Source of the DNA: Marsupella aquatica
Lineage: Eukaryota; Plantae; Marchantiophyta
Length of the DNA: 64,000 nucleotides
Assembly: GCA_973895155.1 (NCBI GenBank)
Contig: OZ316898.1
Location: forward strand, 8,047,079 to 8,111,078
Reading direction: 5' to 3'
The position numbers and the translations under genes were made by a program. Numbering within the stretch: position 1 is the first letter of the stretch; every line of letters begins with the position of its first letter. Positions 1 through 15,298 of the stretch are shown piece after piece. The notes under the pieces were generated by a model. That model was not told where the DNA came from. It ran no database searches and was given only the letters and a program-made list of their open reading frames with translations.

Positions 1-2196
1 ATCTCACGGCCGATCGCATTCCATTTCACTCCCAGTTGAGGGGATTCAGACGATCAGTTCAGATTGATCGAGAATCGCCAGCATGTTTGGAAAGCACCTC
101 TCAATTTTGCGTTACAGGATTAGAAATTGCTTGTCTCAGCCTTGATTCAAGACAGTGATCTCGAAGTCGAGACAGAGAGATATAGAGAGAGAGAGGAAAA
201 AAAGTTGACAGGACTGCAAAGCGAGAACCCACAGTCCCTTCAACGACACAGAAGTGCTGAACAACAGCAGCAAATTGGAAAAGGAAAAGGCAAGTTGACA
301 GAGCTGCAAAGCGAGGACCCGCAATTCTTCAAACACCAACGATGTGTAAGCAGCGAACTCCTTCAACCTTCAAATCCACGCACCCACCCACCCACCGAGC
401 GACAGACCACTAGCAGTAGACAAGATTCCGAAGCTGCAGAAAGGGTTTACACTCCGTGCTGACAAGTCCACTGAAGACAAATAAAACAGGATCAACCCGG
501 GTCATTGAACCCAACACTATATGCTCCAGCAATCATAGGCAGTCATTTTTCCTGTCCACAGTGAGTAATAATTGTGCTTTAATACTGAATTCCTACGTGG
601 ACGACTATCAGATTAGTCACATAGTGTCCACTCTAATTGCGCCATTCTGCGTTGGGCTGACGTTCTGTTTTGTCTTGTAGCAGGTTTTGTCTGAAATAAC
701 CAAGAAAATCTGCACTCAACAGTGTTTGGGCGCTACACATAACGAGACTACTTTTTACCCGTTTTCTGGCAGATTTCATCACTTGGGTTGTTGGTTTATC
801 GGGATTATCCACAAATTAAATATGTTTTAGCCTACTATGGAAGTCTCAAGCATCCATTCTGGCATGGACTTTTGTAAAGGAATCCTAAGACCATTTAATC
901 TTCCTAAATCTTGCAATCATAATGCTCTATTCATAAATACATGGTGAGTGCCATGGTGCCCGTTTCCATTTTCATCCATAGAAATAGTAGTGCCCCATAG
1001 TCAAGATCATTCCCAGTTGAACCCCCAAAGTTAGTTACAGTGCTACACTCTAGATCTCAAGCTACACTCTAGAACATAGTCCCTGACCCAACCCTAACTT
1101 TGGGTTCAGCCCCTACTAGATAGATGTTATTTACAGATTTTTTTATTTCCACCCATCCATTAGAAAACTTTATTAAGTTGATTGCACTTCCCTACTAAGC
1201 CACCCTCACTATCGGTGGGCACACCATAACCACACTACGTGCAACAGTGGGTAGGGTGAGGCAGGCAAACAATGCCAACCTCCCGAACAATAAATGGATT
1301 TTGGTAGTGTTGCTGAGTTTGGGATGCCACCATTTGTGGAACCAAGACGCGGTGGTTCTTTCTGAAACAATTACCCAAAGGGAGAACAAATTGTGTGCAA
1401 TGTGAAAGTTCCAGTTTGGGGAAATAAGAATGTCCTTTACCTGAACAATACCAACCCCCCAAAGAACCCAACATGGCCTGCACACTAGTAAAACTCTTGT
1501 GTACGCCTTCTACTCTCCTCTTGCCTTCTTGTGTTGGGTTGTCTATGTGTTCTACATCTTAAGACTGTTGCCTTTCAAGGTGAGATTCAGATTACCTATA
1601 GCATTCGTGACACTAGTCACAGAAGATCGTGAACTGAAACTAGCTTTAGTACTCACTCAATTTCGGGTTGTATTCAGTAGGTGACAGTTGAGATGATCCA
1701 TTACATCGTAGAAGAGTTGCTGGCTAGCTTGCTGTTCTTCGTACACCGCGGCATGTGTGGTCTCCAGAGGCCAGAGCCAGCTAAGAGACAACTTGTCTAT
1801 TCACCCTGCTTGGGACACCTGTCATTTTCTTTAGGGGAGGTCGAAGTACATGACCATGGGTTAATGCTAGAAGGTTATTGTCAACGTTGCTGAAAGGACC
1901 CTGGAGTTGTTCAGCCTCTTTTCTGCAAATGGTAAGGATTCCGACTTATTTTTGCAGCAGGGTAGCCTTCCTTGCTGCCAAAGATGCATGATGCCTCAAA
2001 AAGGTAGCTATCAACCTGAACAGATTGATAGGCAATGAATGTTTCGGATCTCACATAATATATTACAATTCCTCACTATGTACATACACACAATCGAGAG
2101 ACACAGATTTCTTCTGCAGATCATAGGATATGGACAGGTGCAAAACTGTGATTAGTGGGCGGTTTGTAAGCTCAAGACCCCAGTAAATTCCACCAC

Positions 2197-5100
2197 CTAA
2201 GCCTCACAAAGCTGAAGCCGTGGTACAATGTTCATAGATTGAAGCTCCTGCGAAGCAGTAAGAGAGTTAGATTGCACGACAATCTAATGAGATTTTGAAT
2301 CCAGAGAGCGAAGACACAAAACTCGCGGTCAATGATCATGCTGATGACGCACCTGAAATAGAAGCTTGCAAGCATAGGGAAGCTTCATAGTTGCAATATT
2401 TTCACCACCCTTGCAGGTTGAGCACATGCTCATCTTTAGACTGTGGTTGTAATGCCCAAGCAACCCACATTTGGTGCACACCTGCCACATGCACCCCGGC
2501 CACTGAATAAATTTTCATGATCATGACACCTAATGAAATTGTCCAGATGTTGCCGGATGGGTAACTCCCAGCCATTCATCGCATATATGCTGACCTGTCG
2601 TCATCATAGTATGAGCCACCTGGACTTAATCTACTCCTCTGCACGAGCCAATATAAACTATGTTGGAAAAATACCTGGATCTGAAACTGATCACTGGATA
2701 TCATAAGACGCTCTAAGATCATCATGCTTGCTCCATACGCGATCAAGCAATCGCGCTCCATCTCACCCAACCTTAGACCTGCACAAAATAAAGACAGTCA
2801 ATGGGAAGCATAAGAAAAAGAATAAATAAATCCTTTCTATGATGATTCCTGGGAATCAAAATCTATTTCCAGACATCGCACCTTTACCTTAGCGTGTAGC
2901 CAACTGCAAGAGGCCTTCATGATGTAATATAGGGACCACATCCATCATTCATGGTCAGAATCTATATATGTTGATTCAGTGGTGAAGTGCAGAGGTCAAT
3001 CAATAATACCTAGGAAGGCGACGTCAACAGTCACATGTAGACAGACACTAGGATAGACTCTCAAATCACACAGGGATATTAATATGTTCACCTCCTTCAC
3101 GACTTCTTCCTTCCGTCGGTTGTCGAGTAAGTACCACTCGAGGCCCTCGAGCACGAGCATGCATTTTGTCCAGGACCTGCACATTTAAAAAATGTTGCAA
3201 AATTAAACTTTTGAAATGTTAGCCCTAAGTCATAAATTTAGCTCCACTCAAATTTTCAACAAGAATGGACCCTAGCAGAGTTTTCATATTAAAGTCGGAA
3301 AGACAATTCAAAAGAGCAACCCGACTATTAAAAAGATCAAATGGAACTAATACACAAGAAGCTCTGGGGTTAAATTGCAGGCCTAGTCCATGAGAAAGTT
3401 CTAAATACGCTTCAAATGTCGAGTTTTAATTATCTGATACTTTCGGACAACGTAGAAGGAAGATGAAGAGAGATACGTCAACATGGCATAAGAAGCTCGA
3501 CCACTAAGCTGGGTTGGAAAAGGGAAAGAACCTGATGTTTTTGTGAAAGATGTGAGAAAGATAAACAGGTAACAGAAGGATAGACAGACGAAGTCTGGAA
3601 CACATCAACACACAGGGAAACAGGTCCTAACTAGAATGCACCCTCCCGAATTTCCAATTAAAAAACATTATGTAGTGGTGCTTACCATATGCTTAAGCTT
3701 TTGATAGTAGATCGGACCCATGAAAATGTAGGCTTGAAGAGGGTGTCCTGTGATTCCTGGTAAATATACCAATCAGATGATTCAGGGGTGAAACCAAAAT
3801 GAATTCTTGGAAGACCTTGAATTTCTACTACTGCACCGTCAGAAATCGAATCTGTAGATACCTGAATAGAGAAAATCTTTGCCGCTGTAGCTGAAACCAT
3901 GTTCTATTAGTGTTGAGCTGCCAAATCCGATAAATGTGTTTTTCAATCAGTTTCCAGACAAAAGATACCTGTAGAGCTTATCACGAACATCATCACAGGG
4001 GCGACCAAATTTATCAACCAACACAATTACCTTATTGCTTCTACTGTGTCGGCATGACCACTGGGTTCTCCAAAAGCACTCCCGTAGTGAAATCGACCGC
4101 TCATAACACCAGCTTTCCCTCCCAGAAGCTCTATCATCTTTCCAACAGTCATTCGACTGGTTCCACGACAAATATTTTCAGAGTCAAAAAGTATCAAACA
4201 TAACACGCTGTCTGCGGTGGCAAATCTATAGAAAATTGAACTAAACTTCACGAAACATGCAGTGGCAACGGAGAGAAAACAGAAGGGAGCGAGTACGAAT
4301 GCATAGAGAGGAGCAAGATATATCAAATTATTGGGTGAAGAGAACACCTACAAATATCTTTTAATCCCACAGCTTAATTTATGGGGTAGTGATAAAAAGT
4401 CTCCATTCAAAAGGATTTTGGCTTCACCATCTCTATGGAGTGACAGATTGTGCTGACTGTCATTCTCAGGTGGACATAGTTTTCTCTTGTATCAGACAGG
4501 AGAAAGGTACTGACAGTGAACTTGACAGAGACCAAACCAAATCTTACCTGGGAAAACCGTGAGGATTCATAATAAGATCTGGACAGACACCTTTTTCAGA
4601 GAATGGGAAGTCTTCCTGTTGCACAATTGTACCACAGACGCCTTTCTGTCCATGCCTGCTACTGAATTTATCCCCAATCTGATGGACAAGAAGACAACGT
4701 ATATAAGCAAGGGAGTCTTTCAGTTCTGCACGTTTTTCACCTTGAATCACAGATTACTACAATCCACAACTTGCCTATATAAATCGAAACAATGAAACAT
4801 AGTAAAATCTACCTGGATCCAAGGACTTGAAATGTCGGAGCATAAACAAGAATGAAACCGTTAGATAACTTCCAATGCCCTTGAATCATTCATTTCCCCC
4901 CGTTAAAGTGGCTCCTTACGGAAATCTCGTTTAGAGAGTAAGATACCTCTGGTCGCCGGGTGTGTCGTATCAGGGCTTTGATCATGAAATGATTTTCATC
5001 ATTAGATGTGAGGAGCACCCTATCCACCACTGCGCACTCTCCTGGAGGTCCTTTGTAGGTCTGAGGTGTTGGTTTGTACGCACTGAGCAATATAATTTGG

Positions 5101-8100
5101 AAGAAGGATTAAATTAGTTTCAAGAGGTGGACACTTCTGTAAAGAGCAAGTAAAACACCCGTCCGTAAACAAAAGCGATTAGCTTGCGGCAGCCTACATT
5201 TATGCAGTTTCATTCCAACCGTAATAACCCTGATTGCCTCTAAGTGAGCCCAAGACTGTGACAGACTTATGTTTACGCAAAAGACATTACCTGTCCTTCA
5301 TTGCCATTGGATTGGGAACATCATCTCTCGTATTGATAGGACTCTGCTTGTTCACATAGATATCTCCAGGCCGTATCATTTCACCGACAGCTGCAATCCC
5401 ATCTTGATCTTGCAACTAAGATGAGAACAGAATGACCGGTGTTAGGATCAAAGTTGAAAAGGACTGGACAAATGATTCCCAGGCACGAGCCATCAGCAAT
5501 GTAGAAGGCTTGGAAATAATCCTCTACCTGGCAGCGACTAGAAACAGTGAACGTTGTACTATTCTTTCCAGACGGTACAAGCTGTGGGGCAACAATTCGA
5601 TCTGAAGTTCGATTCTGGTACTTCTTCAAGCTTGTAGCATACCTACAGCACCATGAGACTTAGCATAGATGAACAAAAGTTCAAATTTTAAGTGATATTC
5701 TTCATTAAGGCTTGGAAATGCAAGGAGACACCAGGATGTGCTTACTTCTTTACGACAATGCATCGACCAAATCCACGATCTAGAGAGGACTTATTCATGA
5801 CAATCGCATCCTCAATGTCATAACCGCTGTAACTCATCACCGCCACACTGGCATTCTGCCCTGCTCCAAGCTTGTCGTAGCCGACCTGCAAAATACAGTA
5901 CCTCTTTGAGACCAAAGCTTGGCCTATGCAAAACAAAACACCTGCATGGCAATGTCATTCCCTGGTACGGTAGCCTGACCTCAGAATCAACTTTGGCATA
6001 CCCTTCCTCGCATTTCATCATCCACAGAACCAGGCAGCCTGACATTCAAGTCTCTTCTTTCTTACTATTTTGAGGTGTGCAACTCTGATGAGATTTCTAA
6101 ACAGGATCCTTAGTAGAGTGGAATTGCGCAAGTCGGATGAGTTTTCTAATAAACCCACACGTAACTTCTCTCTAGCAGTCGGTCTTGTCAATCTTTCCAT
6201 TTCCTTCAGTGACACATACTCTCACCATCGCAGAGCACCTCGTGCAGAAAGCATGATCCAAGGGCAAGGCTTCACTTTGGACTAGAAAACGACCCAACCC
6301 TAGCGACCGACGCCTACCAACTACTAGGGTGCATTCAATAAGAATATCACTCTCCTTACTGAATTAAGGATCTGGCGGCGACAGAAAAGGGCTTGCCATG
6401 CGATGCGTCATATCCTTATCGCAAAGCCCGAAAGTATTCTCTGACCTTTAGCTCACCATCAAATATCAAATGGGATCTCCTCACCGCCACCACCTCAGAC
6501 TTCAGCGAATCTCTAAGTAAATAAGAAACTTATCATGTTTATTGCAGAGATCTATACCACGCAGTCAATTCGAGGCCAGCGCCTGGAGAAAACTAGGTTG
6601 AATATGCGCGGAGTGTAAATGAGATGAACACAAACATCTATAGCTGTATCCCCCAGTAGGGCTACACAGAAGATCATTGTCAAATTCCATCACAATCAAA
6701 TACTTACCAGCTCGATACTTTTAGTGGTCAACAGAGGCCTCTGTGGGTACACCAGAAGATAAAGCAGTGTGTCCATTCTCGACAGCTGCACAACATAGAA
6801 TGAGCTTACATCCTTAAAAATGTCCGGAGGTACATATCGCATAACCCGAATTAAGAAAGTACGTTGGATTGACAAATTCGGATCTAGGTCACAGCCTGCT
6901 TTGTAAAGATAGAATTTACTAGTCAAATCATAAGTTGAAAAACCCTTGTGCAAGAGCCGCAGGCATAGACAGAACAAGAACTATGTAACCAACCTACCTG
7001 ATTATAGGCAATGTTCCCCATAGCTTGCTTCCCCATAGCACACTGCAAATAATAAATTTAGTTCAGTACTGTCAGAACCATCACTTCAACAGATATATCA
7101 TAATACAAGATCAGCATAACATCATCTTGCCTGCTTATGAACTGAAAAATTTACTTGATAGGTATTCCGTGGGGATTGATTGTGGTGTGGATAAGGAATG
7201 AGGCCCGCACAGACACCCAGAATAGTGAATGGTTCTATTTCAATGTGAGTCGTCTGAGATGTAGCCTCTCCTTCGTAAAGTGCAATCTGTGGGACAAAAT
7301 AGAAAAAATTAGTGCCGGCCAAAGCTTCAAATATCAAGACAACTCTGGATAGAAATCATCTTTTCAAACTAGACAAAAAATCGCTAACAATATAACATTG
7401 AAGTAGACGTAAGGTACTGCAAAGAAGCAACAGAAACTCTAGACCACCAAACTTGACTTTAGCCCACATCTAGCAAAAGAAGGCTAAATAGGAACAAATA
7501 CGCCTACTCATTGAAAGAAGTTTTCAAGAATGGAACAGAAAATGCGTCTTTAGAAGCGACGTCGTACCAAACAGTTGTTCTCTTCATTCACATCCAAATA
7601 TTCCACTAGTCCTTCGCGTAGAAAATCTTCAAAAGTACGAAAACCGTCCTGTTGAAAAGGTAAGTCGCCATCAATACACCATAGACAAACCCATTGTTGA
7701 TGAAAAGCACTACTGGACAATGGTCATCAACAATTTGCCTGGAAGGCAAACCACGGCTAACCTCAAAGATGGCCACAAACATAAAGCAGATCCAACCTTG
7801 AGTTCCTTCATGTGATGCTCTTTGACCCGAGAGATACCCTCATCTGCAATAACCAAAGGTCTACAAACACGGCCACCATCTGCAGCAATATAAATGCAAC
7901 GCTGGGGACATACAGACCACACTTAGTGCTACAAACCTCCACGCACACTCAGCTTGAACTTGTTAACAAGCAACAATTGTGTCTCATATCCAAAATGTGC
8001 AACCTGATGGTATGGGGAAGATTGAACTATATTCACTGCTGACCTGTCCAGAGTGAACGTGGATACTAACAAACTCTCCAATTTTCCCAGCACGCCTCAA

Positions 8101-11100
8101 TTTCCGCAAGTGGTCCGCAAAGCGCTGCAACAAAGTTTGGTTCAGGTATTGTAGCTCTAAATGGTAATGCTGTTTTCGTTCAGACTCTGAAGGGGCTAAA
8201 TCATGACTATCATGCCCGTGAACATCAGATGAGATGACGTACTGTACGCTGTTTCCATGTACATATACAAAGCCAGTCTGTATGTGATTGAGCAATGAGG
8301 AAGGTAAGTGTACCAGTGGTCGGCGATGCACTCCCAGAATTGTTCCATTAAAGAATACTATACAGGTGCTGCGAGCGTGAAGTTCTTCCCCAGATAGTAA
8401 ACTTAAATCCTCCACTCCCAGAGTTGTACACTGTCAAATACAACATAATATCTGAGAATCTCTTGGAAGACTGGGCTTTGTCACTGAACGCAAAAGACGC
8501 CGTATTCAAGATCACTTGCTGGTCAGCAACAAGGCATGAGAGCAAATCGAGAGCTGTTTACATAATCATTTCCTCTCGCCAGAATACATTTGTGTAAAAG
8601 AAAACCTGTGCTCACGGCAAAGACTTCTCTCACGACGGGCTAGTCATTAGCAGGGTCGAAGAAGTCTAAGTGAAGAAAATGGCAAGGCAAGGAGAACGAT
8701 ACCAAAGCAATAATCGGGCCTTCTTCTTCATCAGTAGTGACATGAGTCATTAATGCAAGATTCTTGACGAGCCCGCACGCCTCACCCTCTGGTGTATCAC
8801 AGGGACACAGCATACCCCACTGACAGCACGAATGACGAAAAGTAAACAAGCCGCTTTGTCAGTAGGGTGACATCGTTCATGGACAAAGTATAGCCGGCTT
8901 CCTCCTATTTTCTGCAGCCCAAAGTCAGACATTTGGTAGACTAAAAACTTTTCAGCTGAGTTCAGTCAGTGCTGACGAACAAGTCCTGATCCAAGAAAAG
9001 GAACTGGCTTATACATTATACCAGAGAACGAACAAAAATATCCTCGGAGATACCGACAGAATAATCCTCGAACACAATTTTCCTCATTTCTTTCCGAGTT
9101 CGAGCACACCTAAAAAGTATTACCTGGCTGGGCTGCAGTGCCCGTGGTCCACTGACTTTGCGGGTCTTCTCAAACTGCGATGTAATTCGCGTCATATGCC
9201 CTAAAGCAGCTATGAAAGAGAGCCGAGAAACCACCTACACGACCACAGATATAACCCCAGAGGATGCCGACCATTAGCAACTCTTCGTTCTGGAAATTTT
9301 ACTATTGAATTAAAAAACAAAACAAGTGAAGACCGTAGCTATCAAATGACGATGCAGAAAGCTGCATCTGTGAGTAAAGTATTCGGGAATGGCGTGTACC
9401 TGTGTTACTCCTTTTCTGTCCATCCTGAACCTCTTGACAGTCCAGTTTCCGCTTGAAATGGCATGCTCCAAACCGCTTGTGAGGAAATCTGGCCTCATAC
9501 ACTGCCCCAACCACAAGTGATTGATAAAATTAACTGAAGCAAAGATACTTTAGTGAGCACACTGTTAAGAATGCTTAAGGAGACCGTAGACCATAACCGT
9601 ACCTTTGCAATATCAAACTGAGTAGAACGATTGGCTTTAGATAGGGTTATATCAACAGTTCTCTTCAGTTCTCCATTCATCCGCTTGAAACAATCCTGCA
9701 ATGACAGGAGTGCAAGAGTTGTGAGGCACGTAATGCACATATCAAAGCAACTTTCTGAACAGATTCTCGCCCCATATATGGACACAATTGAAAAGCGGAA
9801 TACAGCATTAACCAGTACGATTATTCCGTAAGGTCTCCACGTCTACTGGTGTTAGCAAACTGTCCGTAGGATGTCACTGTTGTGTACGACATAACAGAAT
9901 TTTGAGTTTGGAACTGGGATTGAAATCCAGTGATATACCTCAAATAGAAGGGCTAGAAGCTGTCCAGCAAGCTCAAGCCGTTTATTTCCAACATAATCCT
10001 TTCAACAAATGGAGTACACTCCACATCAGATTATTACTATATGGAACAGTGCAACCAAAGTAAACATTGGAGACATTACGAGGATGAAGGATATAGTATT
10101 TTTGAGTGCAATTGTCACCTTATCATCAACAGCTTCTGAATTTAGCATTGCCTCCAACATACGTCTAATCATAACTGCAATGTAGATGCACTTATTGCGG
10201 AAGTCATACTGATGGACCTGTAGGCAAAGAACGCAGCATAACTTAGGAGGCATACTTTTGGAATATAGACATGTAATCTGCAGTTTCATTCATTTACTAG
10301 AGACAGATGTAACAAAAAAATTAAGAAAAAATTCCTCTTGGATTGGTAAGACAGCCACTTACAGGAACATGAGCAAGAACTACATTTGCCAGAATGTCCC
10401 TGGCCTCATCAACCTGGAAAACATCGAGTCAGTTGCGAAAATGAACCATTTTCAACAACCGTTTGACCAAATGGTCATCTAGTATGAGATATTTGTCAAG
10501 GATTTGTTAAAATTGGAAGGAACTTCGATGCAAATGGTTTGAAAATACCTTGGATCTCTTGGCTTTCACCCACATATTTCGACTTGACTTAACCTGCAAA
10601 ACGTCACAGGAATGGCATAATCAGTCAATATAACACGTTCCTCGCTTCTACACTATACACCTTCCTTACTACAAAACTCACTGATGTGGGGAACTGCACA
10701 CTTGCAAATGTTCGTGTCTAGAAGAAGGTACAACCTTAACACCCAGATACTCAAGGGCTTGCTGCTGCGAGTAGATGGCAAGCGAAGCACATTCCTGGAC
10801 GAGGTAAATTTGTGTCAGCAAGCTGAAAGAAATTCATATAAATTTCAAAAGAGGGACACCGGTCACGTAGTGATGTCACGTCTAGCACTTTTGGACCATT
10901 CTAAAGACCACGCCTGCGAGCACTTGCCAATTCAGTTCAAGTTGACAAGAAAATCACAGAGATTCCGTACTAGAGAGGCGGGACAGAAATAAACCATGAT
11001 GAAAACATTCTACCTGCATAGAAGGTGCCAAGATTCCAGCATACTTTGGGTCTCTCCCTACCATCTGCACTATCTCTTGGTCACTTTCCATTCCCATGGC

Positions 11101-13938
11101 TTTCAGAACCACCACAATGGGGATCTGACGCACATATTATCCATTCAATTATGGTACAATCAGAGGTTGCACTATCAGTCAACATCAGAAACAAGACTTA
11201 AGTAGAATCACTAGTTTACTTGCATTTGAACCGTTGAATGGATGGAGATTGGTAACAGCAGAAGCCGACCTTAAAACAAAACCCCTGCCTCACAGAAATT
11301 CCAGAAAAGAAGCTAATCGCCCTACTGTTCTACTAAGTCTGAAAATTCTCCACTGAAACAATGACTTACAGTGCATCTTAGCACAGAAGACACGTACATC
11401 ATCACCAAAAGTATTGTGCCGCAAATAGAGCCTCTCATGCTTCACAGCAATATTGGTCTTACTCTTCCGTTCATGGGTACTACTTGTCACTGAAGCTGCT
11501 ACACTGTCCCGCAGCAAAAAGGTTGGTTATCATGTGGCAACAGGTCGAATGATACAAACTCAGGTTAAAGGCAATAGCCTTGGTGAAAGACGGATATAGG
11601 ATAAATACGAAGAGTTGGTCTAGTTCATAACATTGAGCAAGTTGCTTTCCAAAATCTTAAAATGTGACCGGGAAGATTCAGATTGGATCATGGTGGTTTC
11701 TATCTAGCACTCACTTGCCACTGCTGTCTGTGTCAATTATGATCCGATTTTTAGACAGCTGCTCCTGAATCAAGATCACCTGCAGTAGAAACACAGAGTG
11801 ACTGGTGTCCAATGAGTGTGCCGAGTACAAAGTAAAGAACATGGAAAACTTGTTCCATTACAGAACGAGAGATGTATGAGTTTGGTGGGGCATTATTACC
11901 TTCTCAGTTCCTTTAACGACAAAGTATCCACCTGGATCTAGAGGGCATTCACCTGAGAAAATAGTAGGTCTAGGTCAGTACTGATTATTAACATCCAAGG
12001 AGTGCAAGTTGAACGCTAAATGCAATCCTCTAATCCATCAAAATTGTAATCAAAGAGTGAGACTGAAAACCTCGTACATTTCAAATCGACCTGAACATGG
12101 TTGCAAGGAAAACGACGTTCTGAAGAACCACTAACCAAGTTTTGCAAGTTCAGCTTCAGATTTTCCAAAAAGTACACAGCGAGAACTGCGCAGCATCAGT
12201 GGCATTCTTCCCACAACCAAGGCCCCCTGAAAGTCACAAAGCAAAGCACGTATGAGAGCATGGAAAACCTTCTCTTCGGATGTTGGTCTGGTCACAGAGT
12301 TACATCTGACTTCCATTAACTTCTTACTCTCCCCAGCACCGCATGCTGATAATTCCAGCTTTTTGCCAAGATCAGCGTAAGATTTGAAACTTCAGAGGTT
12401 CCGTACTCGTAGAATGCAAGAACTCAGGTACATGCATCGATTTTACCTGACCATCTTTCCCCTTGCGTACTACAATCTCCTTCCCTCTTGTATATTCTAC
12501 ATCTACACTAATAGGTGCAGCATACCTGCATAGAAGTAAGTAAAACAAGAAGGTTAAAACGATGGAACAGCACATGCGACGATGGACACTTTCATTTCTC
12601 AGCGAATCCAAACTTGCCCGGCAACATAACACGAGTTATTCACCAACATGAGAATATATCAGCACTTTATGTACAGCGGAATCCCAGGGGAAGAAACCAG
12701 CTGTGTTTCAATAGATAAGACATAAAAGATTGAAACTTGGGTATTTGGGATTTTAAGAATTTACGTCATATCCCGTAAGCGACACTGGTGTGGAGTAATA
12801 TCCTCAACAATATAGTCCTGCTCAACACAAGGCTTTCCGACAAATATATCTGTAAACCTGAAAAAGTACCATACGTTTTCCAATTAGGAGGAAACGTTTT
12901 TCGAAGCATCATAAGATCATCAAAACCTCTCACATAATTGAGATGGATGAACTATTGCTGGGCAACCACATCCAAATAGCAAAATCCCAAATGCCAGCTA
13001 AATATTAGAGAGGACAAAGCAACCAGGATATTGAAATCTACTCAAAGATGTGTAGATGAAATGTTAGTAAAAGAGTTAAATTCAGGCCCGAGTCGACTAC
13101 ACAGTTAACTCACGCATATAACAGGTTCAGTTTACTCATAACATCTTGGGCAATAATAAGGCGGAATGTGAAACGACAACGCTGTCAAGTACTACAATGA
13201 TAAAAACATGAAGACGTCCAGCTGCTTACTTGAGATAAAAATTAGGGTCAACATCTGACGTGATTTTCTCGTTTGCCTTGGCATGGATAATCTTTTTGAT
13301 CTCACAATTTATGAGATAATTGAAGGAGTCAATGTGCTGTTTCACGAGACCCTTCACCTGATGGTCGAACAGAAAAGTCATACTGACGCCAAATTAGCAT
13401 AAATCTTCAAATCCAATCATTGAACCTAAAGACCCAAAACAGGCTAGGGAGTGATCACTACACCTTTAGAAAGGCCGGCAGGAGAGCAAATTTATCCACA
13501 GCGGTTTTAAGTGGCGATTCCAAGTGCTTGGCATTGTACAATCTGCAAACATGATCTGAATCAGAGAAATTGCCTCGCCTACAGAGGGGACCAGTATACG
13601 GCGATTCGCTTATAAGAGCTTCCCAGAGTCCGTAGGACAATGTTCATGTCATAAGCGATACGAACCAAGCATTCAACATGATTCAGAGAATCTGACGAGA
13701 GGTGAAAAATTTACAGAATTAGGTCTTACTGCATGATTCCACACGTGAGGTCGAAATTGTGGATCCCGACTAGTTATCTACATCGTGACACTTCACTTGT
13801 GCGCCCCCAACATCAGTGATCGCATCACATTCATATATACAAGAATGACTATCCCCTATCACTCTATGCTCAGATGCAGGGAACTCGGCATTAATTGTAA
13901 ACATACTCTTTGAGCTCCGGATCCAAAGTCTTGTCCAT
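2197..13938 (-). CDS. NRPC2: DNA-directed RNA polymerase III second-largest subunit (RPC2), about 38 coding exons
   Basis: Exons with GT-AG boundaries give, in order: [172 protein letters not shown] at 13938, TAG at 2197-2199. LIAYGAS and SHERKSKT fit the Pol III paralog rather than Pol II. Confidence 0.95.
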
Positions 13939-14092
13939 GTCGTCCAGGAGATGATGGTCGATTTATTCAAAGACTACACTCCTCGGAACAAGATACATGG
14001 GCAGAGAAATGGGAGCAAGATTGCCTCCAAATTCACCTGTCAGGGTTTAACAAGAATGTAAAATTAAGTTACGAACAAGACCCCAAGCACTT

Positions 14093-14101
14093 AAACCCTA
14101 A
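14093..14101 (+). promoter_or_regulatory. telobox (AAACCCTAA) just upstream of the NRPC2 start codon
   Basis: Exact motif about 155 bp 5' of the ATG. Teloboxes are common near plant ribosome/translation-related genes. Function not shown. Confidence 0.35.
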
Positions 14102-15177
14102 ACCCAAAACGGTAAACTGGAATATAGACATGAGTTACGTGCGATTAAAAACATACGGAGAATTTCCAAAGACAGAAAAGTGGGGGAGAATCGAAAGTGC
14201 GAAGTGAATCTAACGGGAAGAGTTCAATTTTTCTCAAGCCAGTCAAATTCTGTCGTGAGAAAATGCTAAATTTCGTTGACTGTCACAGATATCCCATACC
14301 CGACATCGGATAAACTTTCAGAACAATTCCAAGTTGAAGACGGATCGAAGGGTACCTCAGGTGGACTAGATTGCTACCATATGGTAACCCTATGGACGAA
14401 ACTCCATGTCAAGAGATATTTGCAGTTGTGGTCTTCTGTATTACAATGCACGATGTACTCAGAGGCTAATTTGTGTCCTTATCGCCATGCTTTTGTACAC
14501 CAGGCTGATCTAGCTGCAGCATTAGAATTATATTAGACCGCCATTAGGACCGTACTTGAGAAATGTCGAGGCACACAATTTGTACCAAGGATTCATTCAC
14601 AAATACTTATTTTCTATATTCGAAGATCATGCCCAACTGGTGCAGGTACTAACTAACCTTCACGCTCGCATACCCATTGATAGCTTGGCTTCGATGGACC
14701 CCCCAATTCCTCAATTCCTCAATTTTGCGGCAATTTGAACTCCATAGACAATTTTCACCATAAATTTGAGTACAGTACTATGGAAGACATAAAACAACAT
14801 GCATCTCCCCGAGTTTGCCTCTTTACAATGAATTGCTTGCCGTGTTCACTGCAGCACATCCTCAGCACAGTACAACCCGAGCGCAGTGGGATTCTCATCA
14901 GCGTCCCACATGTTTCATCGGATGCAGACAGTTTCAAAAACCTGAGATGTGAGCTTAGACAGGGAGGTCGGTACGTCCCAGATCCACAGGGCCAGATTGA
15001 ACGCAGACAGGACTGTCTATCACAATTTGTCAGCTGAGAATCTCCGCGCACCCAAATCCTTGACAATAAATCTCAAACGGGGAGGTTTTGCCTTCTGATG
15101 ATGTTTAATTTTGTTCTTTAAGAGCATAGCCCAACAAAAACAGTAGCGTCAATCATGGCATTGAGCACAGTACTGTG

Positions 15178-15298
15178 CTTCTTTGAGGATGAAGGGTTTT
15201 AGAATGAATACTCTTCTTGAGCTACAGGGTAGAGTAGGGTTTTAAGTGCTCTCAATCCTTCTTTGAGGATGAAGGGTTTTAGAATGAATACTCTTCTT
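15178..15298. repeat. 41-bp direct duplication at the 5' junction of a retroposon remnant
   Basis: CTTCTTTGAGGATGAAGGGTTTTAGAATGAATACTCTTCTT occurs at 15178-15218 and 15258-15298. Confidence 0.9.

Noticed and set aside
127-462. 111-aa ORF with an internal repeat
   Set aside because: It is built from an AG tract and a diverged ~90-bp duplication with no recognisable domain. It is more likely untranslated sequence of a neighbouring gene.
5886-6707. ORFs in the longest NRPC2 intron
   Set aside because: Short and without diagnostic motifs. Possibly an old TE remnant, but not supportable.
2197-13938. U12-type introns in NRPC2
   Set aside because: The donors I checked (e.g. GTATCT) do not match the U12 consensus RTATCCTT.
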